Positions 34,752-42,690 of a stretch of 64,000 bases of DNA are shown in pieces (the first letter of the stretch is position 1; each line of letters begins with the position of its first letter). Both the position numbers and the translations under genes were made by a program. The notes under the pieces are model-generated. The model ran no database searches, was not told the origin of the DNA, and saw only the letters and a list, made by a program, of their open reading frames with translations. The stretch comes from Bacteroidales bacterium (GTDB lineage: Bacteria; Bacteroidota; Bacteroidia; Bacteroidales; VadinHA17). Location: contig JAXDBC010000038.1 in NCBI GenBank assembly GCA_034679225.1, forward strand, positions 10,595 to 74,594, written 5' to 3'.

Positions 34752-36125
34752 TTATTTCAGCCTGGCCGGTTTCTGAAATTTCCTTTTCATCTCATAGGGA
34801 AGTATCCTGACCCGCGTACCGCTTTCATTTGTAAAATAAAGGGAAGATGCGGACAACTCACTTGTGTTCCCGTCGGCCCACAGGGCGTAGAATTCCTTTG
34901 AGGCATTCATGGGTTTACTGACGAAGGAGTGGTTGAACCTGCTTTGTGAAGTAATCTGCACTTTTTTCTCCCAGCTCCCGCCCCGGTTGTTACTTACCCA
35001 CATTGCCACCTCTCCTCCGGTCGCGTATTTTTCAGGGCCGGGTTCAGTAGGACCTATCACTTTCCATTCGTCCTTTTCAATGTAAAGGGCTCCCCTGTCG
35101 AAATTATGTGTTGACTCGCACAGCTTGCTGAAATTCCACTTATTATCCTTTCTGCTGATCACCATCCACTCCCTTGGACCACCACGGGGCCCCGGTTCAA
35201 TATCGCGCGAGAGAATCACGAGCAGAACCGGATTGCCTTCAGTATCAAAGTCGATATCAGACAAATGAACCAGGAGTCCTTCCTTTTCAAAATTCCTTAC
35301 AATGGCATCATTGAGAACATCTCTCAGTGGAGTTTCAATGATCTTATCATCAATAGTTTTCCAGCTTTTCCCCTGATCGTCGGAATGAAGGAGATAAAGA
35401 TTTGTCTGGCGGTCGATATTGGCTTCCGGAAAGTAATTGAATGCCGTGTAGATCTTTCCGTTGCAGATACCTGAAAGCTGAAGATGTCCTCCCATGCTTG
35501 CCAGTGTACGGGAATCCGTCCAGTTCTGCCCGTCGGTGCTTGATGAGAAGCGAATCTCAAGTTCTTTTAACACCCTCGACCACAGAAGAAGGAAGCCGTT
35601 TCCCGGATCCCACCAGGGCTGGGGCGACAGCATTTCCAATTCCTTAACCTTATCAAAGCGTTCGATGGAATAAGGTTTGGAACTTCTGAAAATCAATCCG
35701 GGCCTTGTACGGCTGTTTCCGCTCACGAACACCCACAGGAATCCCATGCCATCGATTGAAAGTGAGGCATTGTCATATGGTTCCCTTACTCCTTCCTTAT
35801 CATGGACAACAACAGGTTTCGGAACAATATTCCTCGCGTGGTCATAATAAGAGACCATGATAAGCAGGTGACGTTCCTTCTCGCTTAAGGTACCGCCGTA
35901 AACAAAGAAGGTTTTATTCGCCTCCTTCGAGTATATTGCAATCGGACGGTAGCGGGAACCGAAGGTGGCAAAGCCTCCGGAAAGCTTGTAACCGTATTCG
36001 CCGCGATCTCCGGTACTGTACCAGATACCCTTGTATCCGTCTGCCACCCGGTTCTGGGCCAGAACAAAAGCGTTATCAGTTGCCACAAATAAGAAGAGGG
36101 CAAGAAGTAAAAACCTGCCAGACAT
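34752..36125 (-). CDS. BNR/Asp-box beta-propeller protein (BNR_4-like)
   Basis: Signal peptide. Asp-box-like SSTDGQNW, SDDQGKSW, SNNRGGSW. Confidence 0.75.
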   Translation of the reverse strand: MSGRFLLLALFLFVATDNAFVLAQNRVADGYKGIWYSTGDRGEYGYKLSGGFATFGSRYRPIAIYSKEANKTFFVYGGTLSEKERHLLIMVSYYDHARNIVPKPVVVHDKEGVREPYDNASLSIDGMGFLWVFVSGNSRTRPGLIFRSSKPYSIERFDKVKELEMLSPQPWWDPGNGFLLLWSRVLKELEIRFSSSTDGQNWTDSRTLASMGGHLQLSGICNGKIYTAFNYFPEANIDRQTNLYLLHSDDQGKSWKTIDDKIIETPLRDVLNDAIVRNFEKEGLLVHLSDIDFDTEGNPVLLVILSRDIEPGPRGGPREWMVISRKDNKWNFSKLCESTHNFDRGALYIEKDEWKVIGPTEPGPEKYATGGEVAMWVSNNRGGSWEKKVQITSQSRFNHSFVSKPMNASKEFYALWADGNTSELSASSLYFTNESGTRVRILPYEMKRKFQKPARLK

Positions 36126-36220
36126 GGTTCAGTTAATTAGGTGTAGGCGTAAATATAGGACTTTTATCCCGACCTTCAAATCTCCTGAAGATTTATAAAG
36201 TATCTGCAAACAGGCGGAAC

Positions 36221-38014
36221 TTATCTGAAGTGGAAATAATACCAGAAAGTTTTGCCGAACTGTTCCCTCATAAGCGCTTCGAGCCGTGCCGGATTTTGCC
36301 TGGCGCTCATAAAAGCGGCAAAATACTGCTCAAACCTCAATCTCGTCTCACTGCTCAGTTCCAATCCCCCAAGATCGGGAAAAACACCCTGGCTGTTATA
36401 GTATATAAGTATTGCTTCCTCTATGTATTTGGGTATCCTGGTGTATCCCATGTTTTTCATAAGTCGGACGTTGTCGACCAGCATTTCCACATCCTTGTTG
36501 AGCAGAAGCCAGGCCATCATGTATTCGAAGGCTTCCCTGTTGCCGGGATTCTGGTTCACAAGCCTGGGTAAATTGCTTTCAGGCGTTTCCAGGAAGATAA
36601 AGAAGTCCTGACCGGGAAGCAGGTTCATTTTCCTTCCCAGGTTCGGATCCGATTTAACCGCGAGCGGGTCGCCCGCGAGTTTTTCATGATCCATTGCCCA
36701 TTTTCTGTAAAAAAGCGTTTTTTTCAGGATTGAAGCATATTTGGCGGTCATGCTGTAATTGCCGTTGATAAGGCTCGTTTTTACAAGCAGTTTCATGTTC
36801 TGGGGCCTCTTGCCATAAACCACCATCTCCTCGTAGGCCCAACGCTGAGCTTCATTAATCAGTCCGATGGCATAAAAGGCTTGTGCACCCCAGTTGATAT
36901 GCTCACTGCTCCATGGGAGGAACAATGATGAAGTCCTGAAGTCCTGCCTTCCCTGGAACAACCTGTCGCACATCTGTCCGGTCGACGAAAGGGCAATGTT
37001 GTAAAAATACTGTCCTATAAGATTTTCTGAGGGTTTCTTTTCATGGTATTCAACTGCCTCCTGGTATTTCCCGGTGAAAACAAGCTTCTCGAGGTTTATG
37101 ACGCGGGCAGTCTGCGGCTTGAAAGCTGCTGCAAGAGCTGCAACGGCAGTACAAAGAATAATTGCCGGCAGTACAATTGTCGCGGCAAACCGTTCCCGCG
37201 GTCTTACTATCCTTAATCTCCCGGCCAGGCGGGTAATTACCGGATACAGCACAAGGAAGGCTGTCATTAACCGGAACATCAGCCTGTGCAGGCTGTCGTT
37301 TATATCCGGAAGGGGATAAAGGAAACGCTGTTTTATGTCATCGGTAATCAGGAACTTGTCGGATAAGAGCACGCATAATCCTGCCAGGCCTGCAAGCATC
37401 AGCGGCATTAGATACCTGTGGCGTCCTTTCAGGTAAACAAGACTGTAAACAATGAACATCCCGGTGAATATCAGGCCAAAAGCGCCAGCAAGGTAATATA
37501 GGACAGGGAAAAAGGTCAGGGCGATGTACATATCCCCGGTCTTTTCACGGCTTACCACTATAAGGAAGAAGAAAAGAAGCAGTACAAATCCTGCATTGTA
37601 GAGCATCAGGTGATAATAATGAGTCTGCATGATGAGCAGCAGGCAGGATGGAATGATTGCCAGGCCCGATCCCGGCATCAGCCCGCGGTTTATCCCGTGC
37701 ATTATCACAGCCGGTAATGACAGTACCAGGGCCAGGATCAGGGCTCCCGCGAAACTATTAATATAAAATTGGGTAAGGAATTTTGCTATCAGGTCGGCAG
37801 GGGCACCCGGTTTATCAAAAAACTCAAGGATATAGTCAGCTGAATACAGGAACAGCGACTGTTGTTCCTGGAAGAAGAGGACATAATTGCCGGGGATCAG
37901 GAAATAGATAAAGGCAATAAGGAAGAAAGCGGCAAAGAAATACCAGCTCCGGTCAGGGGCCGGTACAGGCACCTGCTTTTTGGGGGTTGTTTTCTTATTA
38001 CGGTTCTTTGTCAT
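36221..38014 (-). CDS. Polytopic membrane protein with soluble C-terminal domain, function unknown
   Basis: Start set to the ATG at 38014 (MTKNRNKK...). About 9-10 hydrophobic helices, then a helical-looking (alpha-rich by eye) C-terminal half. The 101 codons upstream in the track ORF are tandem-repeat read-through. Confidence 0.75.
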   Translation of the reverse strand: MTKNRNKKTTPKKQVPVPAPDRSWYFFAAFFLIAFIYFLIPGNYVLFFQEQQSLFLYSADYILEFFDKPGAPADLIAKFLTQFYINSFAGALILALVLSLPAVIMHGINRGLMPGSGLAIIPSCLLLIMQTHYYHLMLYNAGFVLLLFFFLIVVSREKTGDMYIALTFFPVLYYLAGAFGLIFTGMFIVYSLVYLKGRHRYLMPLMLAGLAGLCVLLSDKFLITDDIKQRFLYPLPDINDSLHRLMFRLMTAFLVLYPVITRLAGRLRIVRPRERFAATIVLPAIILCTAVAALAAAFKPQTARVINLEKLVFTGKYQEAVEYHEKKPSENLIGQYFYNIALSSTGQMCDRLFQGRQDFRTSSLFLPWSSEHINWGAQAFYAIGLINEAQRWAYEEMVVYGKRPQNMKLLVKTSLINGNYSMTAKYASILKKTLFYRKWAMDHEKLAGDPLAVKSDPNLGRKMNLLPGQDFFIFLETPESNLPRLVNQNPGNREAFEYMMAWLLLNKDVEMLVDNVRLMKNMGYTRIPKYIEEAILIYYNSQGVFPDLGGLELSSETRLRFEQYFAAFMSARQNPARLEALMREQFGKTFWYYFHFR

Positions 38015-38015
38015 G

Positions 38016-38135
38016 GTCTTGCAGTCTTGCGGTCTTGCGGTCTTGCAGTCTTGCGGTCTTGCGGTCTTGCAGTCTTGCGGTCTTGCAGTCTTGCGGTCTT
38101 GCAGTCTTGCGGTCTCTTCGTCCCGCAGTCTCTTA
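38016..38135. repeat. Octamer tandem array GTCTTGCR (12 perfect + 3 degenerate units)
   Basis: Begins 2 nt from the ATG at 38012-38014. Reverse-complement family of the array at 25373. Confidence 0.95.
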
Positions 38136-38145
38136 GTTTCACTCT

Positions 38146-38290
38146 GTGCCCTGCGCCCTGTGCCCTGTGCCCTGAGTCCTGTGCCCTGCGCCCTGTGCCC
38201 TGTGCCCTGAGTCCTGTGCTCTGTGCCCTGCGCCCTGTGCCCTGTGCCCTGAGTCCTGTGCTCTGAGCCCTGTGCCCTGAGCCCTGAGCC
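38146..38290. repeat. Heptamer tandem array G[TAC]G[CT]CCT (20 units) with 35/42-nt higher-order periodicity
   Basis: gtgccct gcgccct gtgccct gtgccct gagtcct repeated. The minus (sense) strand reads (AGGGCAC)n, which is G3N4G3N4. Confidence 0.95.
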
Positions 38291-38328
38291 ATAACCTACC
38301 CCTCCCAGGGGATCCATCCGGTACAGCC

Positions 38329-39915
38329 TTATTCATGAATCGACTTTTCTCCCGGGTTTCGCTTCATTCCTGCCTTTTTCATTTTTTCCGTCGAGAGCGA
38401 TCTTTCGGGATTTCCAGGTTTAGCCTCCACCGGCTCAATTGCAGTTGCCTTTGCAAAATCGCGTGGTCCGAGGGGTATTTTTCCATTTACAAATTCTGGT
38501 ATATTATATGATTCCATGAGTTTATCGTAGTATGCCGGGTCTTTCTGCGGGAGGATAAAAGGCTTTCCCGTTTTATTCCACCCTCCGAAGTAAGCCAGGA
38601 AGGGCCGGGTTGTTCTGCCGTCGGTCCTTTTACTACTGAAGACCAGCCATTTCCCGTTCGACGACCAGGTATGGTAGCTGTCCGTCTCGCTGCTGTTGAT
38701 ATCCATTTTCCTGCTTTCCCCGGTGTTCAGGTCGATTATATGAAGATCGGCCTCCCTGTGCCAGATGGGGAAAGTGCCGAAATCATGCAGTGTAATCACC
38801 AGGTATCTGCCGTCGGGGGATATCCTGGGGAAGGATGCGCTTTTCCCCTTTAGCGATGCATTGAAAACCATTTCCGTCTTTCCGAAGCCCGCGGTTTCGG
38901 GATCAAAGGGTATCCTCACTATGTCGTATCTTGTTTCTTCGATATCATCGAGTGTCATGGCCGCTTGGCTGCCGGTCTGGAGGGCCCTGCAAAAGTAGAG
39001 CCAGCGTCCGTCGGGCGACCACGAGGGAAATGTTTTAAGGTAGCCGGTGGTATCACCGTCGTCAGCGTGGTAGGTGAGATTTCTTTCAATGTCGTACACC
39101 ACGATATCCGAAACAAGGTCAAAGACCTCTATCAGTTTTTCGGGTTTTGCATAAAAGCCCTGGCGAACCTGGTTTGATGAAAAGGCGATATACTTTCCGC
39201 CGGGATGCCATGATGGATATGTTGCTCCGCCGGGCATCGATTCAATCTTCGGATCGACTCTGAGGAAACGGCCTTTATCGGAAATATAGGTTCCGTTGTT
39301 TGATCCCCTTATGTGTACCATGAACTTGCCGGGGTTGTACTGATTGAACGAATGGCAGTTGATGCAGTTCATATCGAGTATTTTATTGTCGATAAGAGTT
39401 TCTTCGCTGAAACTCTCTATCGACCTCTGCATTATCCTGATACGCGACCAGTTGTAGTATCCCGGATAGATAAGCCTGTAGGCAAGGTAAGGATCGGCCG
39501 GTTCTTCCGAGACATTCATATGGAAAGGCTCAAACTTTTCAAGCTTCCCCGAGCTTTTCCGTGATGCGGAAATTTCTATTCTGATCCTGCTTCCGGCAGA
39601 AGCCCCGGTAAGATTTTTCCATGATTTCGCGGGGAACTTAATGACACCATCCGACGATCTGACATCAATACTAAAAGCGCCGGATTCGGATGTTGCTGTA
39701 AGCCAGAAGCAATCGCCCTCCTCCTCTATCCTGAAATTCATTGGCGCTATATTCGGAGGAATGGTGACATCAGTATAATCAGGCTCAATCGCGGGAAGTC
39801 TGCCTGTGTCCGAAGGCTCCAGACCCGGCTTGCCGCTGCAACCCGTCAACAGAATGATGACTGACACAACCAGAATTGACTGAAATATTTCCCTCGCTTT
39901 TCTCAACCTGTACAC
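38329..39915 (-). CDS. Lipoprotein with one CxxCH haem-c motif and PD40/TolB-like propeller repeats
   Basis: Lipobox LLTGCSG, CINCHS, repeated W(S/H)P(D/G)G(R/K)(W/Y) and ISPDGRY blades. Confidence 0.75.
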   Translation of the reverse strand: MYRLRKAREIFQSILVVSVIILLTGCSGKPGLEPSDTGRLPAIEPDYTDVTIPPNIAPMNFRIEEEGDCFWLTATSESGAFSIDVRSSDGVIKFPAKSWKNLTGASAGSRIRIEISASRKSSGKLEKFEPFHMNVSEEPADPYLAYRLIYPGYYNWSRIRIMQRSIESFSEETLIDNKILDMNCINCHSFNQYNPGKFMVHIRGSNNGTYISDKGRFLRVDPKIESMPGGATYPSWHPGGKYIAFSSNQVRQGFYAKPEKLIEVFDLVSDIVVYDIERNLTYHADDGDTTGYLKTFPSWSPDGRWLYFCRALQTGSQAAMTLDDIEETRYDIVRIPFDPETAGFGKTEMVFNASLKGKSASFPRISPDGRYLVITLHDFGTFPIWHREADLHIIDLNTGESRKMDINSSETDSYHTWSSNGKWLVFSSKRTDGRTTRPFLAYFGGWNKTGKPFILPQKDPAYYDKLMESYNIPEFVNGKIPLGPRDFAKATAIEPVEAKPGNPERSLSTEKMKKAGMKRNPGEKSIHE

Positions 39916-40059
39916 TTGAAACTGAATTGAGCTCTAAAGGTAAAATTTTATTTCACATTACACATTCTGCCTGCTACGCTAAAAGCTGCAGGAAATCGGT
40001 GAAACACTTCGGGAACATTTTTCTTTTCTTTACATTTGAAATTAATAAAGCCTTTTATC

Positions 40060-40108
40060 ATGAAACCCATATGTGTCAAATGCATAAAAACAACCTGGCG
40101 GGGCAGGC
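40060..40108 (+). repeat. ATG-headed repeat module, truncated copy 4 (fused in frame to the next gene)
   Basis: atgaaacccatatgtgtcaaatgcataaaaaca...ggcggggcaggc matches the 5' end and 3' end of the other copies. A TAcaTTTG box lies at 40031-40038. Confidence 0.5.
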
Positions 40109-40137
40109 ATAAGATTTTTAAAATAAATTATATACGA

Positions 40138-40665
40138 ATGAAACCATTGCTTATTTTTTTGATTACCTCCGGGATCATCGTGTCATGTTCCGGTAAGGGA
40201 TCAGGAGGCGGAAAGGAAGGCGCTTCGGGGGATATAATAACAGCTGCAAGGGATTATTCCTCGGCTTATTTTGCCAGGAAGCTTGGTAATGCAAGGATTT
40301 TTACCGACGAAGAGGACGGATTGCTAACCATCACCAATGATATCAGCGGTTACAAGATAAATCATGGAAAGATTGTAACCGGGCTCATAGACGATGATGA
40401 AGCTGAAGACGGCATAGTTCCCTTTTACGCCATGCAGGGCAGGTCGATCATGGGATATTATCATATGATACTACTGGCTTCAGCCGATACCTTCAGGGTT
40501 GCGAAGACCGTCAGTGGGATTTTTACTGTTCACGATATCAGGGACAGGAAGATAATTGCCGAGGTATCTACCGTATCTCCCGATTCACCCGGATATGGTT
40601 GTGATAATTGCCGGGAGGTAATTAGTTACCTGTGGAATAATGGCAATCTGGAGAAGGAGGAATAA
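40138..40665 (+). CDS. Hypothetical lipoprotein
   Basis: MKPLLIFLITSGIIVSCSG lipobox from the ATG at 40138. The track ORF starts at an upstream TTG. Confidence 0.65.
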   Translation: MKPLLIFLITSGIIVSCSGKGSGGGKEGASGDIITAARDYSSAYFARKLGNARIFTDEEDGLLTITNDISGYKINHGKIVTGLIDDDEAEDGIVPFYAMQGRSIMGYYHMILLASADTFRVAKTVSGIFTVHDIRDRKIIAEVSTVSPDSPGYGCDNCREVISYLWNNGNLEKEE

Positions 40666-40694
40666 AAAAGGGGCTGAATCAGCCCCTTTTTTTA
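40665..40694. terminator. Bidirectional intrinsic terminator between convergent genes
   Basis: AAAAAGGGGCTGAATCAGCCCCTTTTTTT, A-run and T-run flanking a GC stem. Confidence 0.75.
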
Positions 40695-40716
40695 TTCCGG
40701 CCAAGCCGGTTATCTG

Positions 40717-42543
40717 TTACAAGTAATCAGGATTCTGAACAAGTACGCCTTTCTGCAGGTCGATCTGACCTTGTGGAACAGGCATGAATTTATCCCTGTT
40801 TTCGAAGCTTGCACCATGCATGAAAGACCTGATTCTCAGGTCGCCCCTCTGGAAAGCATTAAGAGTGGCTGCCATGTCAACTCTCAAACCTGCAGGAAGG
40901 TCGTCCCAGCGTCTGAGGTCGAAGAAGCGTCTTCCTTCCATCGCGAACTCAAGTCTCTGCTCCCACTGAACAGCTCTCATGGCTTCTTCCTTGGTTGCAA
41001 AAGGAGGATAGAGTCCGATCTTATAATTTGCTGCAGGCTGAGTCCAGTCGACAGCACCACCTACACCGTAGTCGGCATCTGTTGATCCCTCTCCCCACGG
41101 GTATACTGAAGGCGGCAGGACATTAATGGTCACCCTTCCCATAACAACCTGGTTATCGGCTCTGTCGCGGATCTGGTTAACATAATTTCTTGCTGTCACC
41201 AGGTCGTTTTCAAATGCAGCGACTTCAGCTCTCCATAGAAGGATATGTGCATACCTGATATAGCGCCAGTTATTGGCATTTACACCGGTCTGCCAACCGG
41301 TTGTGGTTGAGAGAGTGTAGCGTTCCGATTTTTTAAAGAAAGGTTTTGTTGAAGGCATGTAAGGTCCCCCTTCCGACTGTTTGCGGATCCAGTTACTACC
41401 GCGCATTATTCCCCAGTCTTTATATGGAATTCCCCTGCGGCCAACCGTCCAGTCGAGACGGGGGTCAACTTCATCTGTAAAAGGTACGAATGGCTGATCG
41501 GATGATATTCCCTGATCGTTCTTCAGGTCCACGTCATTAAATGTGTCGAACATTGGCAATCCGTTCGCATCTACCTTAAATGCATTTACAAGGTTCTGCG
41601 ATGGCTGGTGGAAGCCGCAGCACATACCTATGTCGCCCCCGTGAGGCCAGTTAAGGCCTATGCCCATCTCTGCATTCAGCGATTCATTTATGTCATTGAC
41701 ATTTGCCTGAATCTCGAAAATGGACTCTTCGTTATTTTCGGTAGCAATATTGAAGTTGTCAATAAAATGGGGCATCAATTTGAACTGTCCGCTATTTATA
41801 ATTTCATCAAGCAGTGGTTTAGCCTCGGCATATTTCAGTTTCTGCAGGTATGCCCTTGCGGCAACGGCCTTTGCTGCCCACTTTGTAGGACGGCCGGGCT
41901 GTGCCTGTGTGGCAGGCAACTTACTTGCAGCATATTCCAGATCGGCAATGATAAAATTAAGCACGGCTCCATCGGCATTCTCATTTGAAACGGATGCCGG
42001 ATCCAATTCTGTCTCATCAATAATCGGGATATAATCTCCGAACACCAGCCAGGCTTCAAAATAAAACAGTCCCCTGAGGAAGCGGACCTCGGACCTGAAT
42101 CTGTCTGCAACCTCTTGAGTTATTGTTCCGTCTTCGAGAGTTTTATCTATCACTCTCAGAGTTTTGTTGGCACGGTCAACTCCCATACCCAGGCAAAGTC
42201 TCCACTTGTCGGCCGGATAGCCGTTATCGGTGGTCACTTCCCATCGTTCGATAAAATTGACGGGAACCTGGTCGGTAATTTCCGAACCCTTGTAGGCGTC
42301 GTCCGATGCAACTGATCCGTAAGTCCAGTTCTGGATAGAGGCGCCCCAGGACACGGTCCAGAGTGCGCTTCCTTTGACCATCCCGTATGTTCCTGTCAAC
42401 AGCGCATCAATACCTTTCTCGCTATAGAAGACATTCTCTGATGTTTGTCCCTGGGGAGTTTTTGTCAGAAAATCTTCCGAGCAGGAATAGAACATGGCCA
42501 CGAGAAAGAATGCAGCCAGTATCATTGATAATTTTTTCATCAT
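40717..42543 (-). CDS. SusD/RagB-family nutrient-binding lipoprotein
   Basis: Lipobox MFYSC, RLEFAMEGRRFFDLRRW motif. Confidence 0.93.
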   Translation of the reverse strand: MMKKLSMILAAFFLVAMFYSCSEDFLTKTPQGQTSENVFYSEKGIDALLTGTYGMVKGSALWTVSWGASIQNWTYGSVASDDAYKGSEITDQVPVNFIERWEVTTDNGYPADKWRLCLGMGVDRANKTLRVIDKTLEDGTITQEVADRFRSEVRFLRGLFYFEAWLVFGDYIPIIDETELDPASVSNENADGAVLNFIIADLEYAASKLPATQAQPGRPTKWAAKAVAARAYLQKLKYAEAKPLLDEIINSGQFKLMPHFIDNFNIATENNEESIFEIQANVNDINESLNAEMGIGLNWPHGGDIGMCCGFHQPSQNLVNAFKVDANGLPMFDTFNDVDLKNDQGISSDQPFVPFTDEVDPRLDWTVGRRGIPYKDWGIMRGSNWIRKQSEGGPYMPSTKPFFKKSERYTLSTTTGWQTGVNANNWRYIRYAHILLWRAEVAAFENDLVTARNYVNQIRDRADNQVVMGRVTINVLPPSVYPWGEGSTDADYGVGGAVDWTQPAANYKIGLYPPFATKEEAMRAVQWEQRLEFAMEGRRFFDLRRWDDLPAGLRVDMAATLNAFQRGDLRIRSFMHGASFENRDKFMPVPQGQIDLQKGVLVQNPDYL

Positions 42544-42656
42544 AATAAGATTTTTATTTTTAATGGAATGATTCCTTCCCCGCTCAGGCGGAGGAACTCA
42601 CATGACTGAAAATCATACAAATGTAGGTTTGTATATTTGACACATGTGGGTTTCAT
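42540..42656 (-). repeat. ATG-headed repeat module, copy 3 (38-codon frame MKPTCVKYTNLHLYDFQSCEFLRLSGEGIIPLKIKILL)
   Basis: Lies in the susC-susD intercistronic gap. Its TGA overlaps the susD ATG as ATGA. Confidence 0.6.
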
Positions 42657-42690
42657 ATCGTTCCAGTGTTAATGTAACAATTATTAATCA

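Noticed and set aside
38015-38317. 101-codon N-terminal extension of the membrane-protein ORF (GTGHRAQGT..., DCKTARPQ... repeats) given in the ORF track
   Set aside because: The extension is simply the stop-free translation of the 7-mer and 8-mer arrays. A good ATG (38014) precedes a typical basic N-terminus and the first TM. Kept only as a minor possibility inside the array finding.
37862-38336. Four further ORFs on both strands across the arrays (37862-38266 +, 37980-38210 +, 38011-38292 -, 38139-38336 -)
   Set aside because: All are low-complexity read-throughs of tandem repeats, which lack stop codons in these frames. There is no independent coding evidence.
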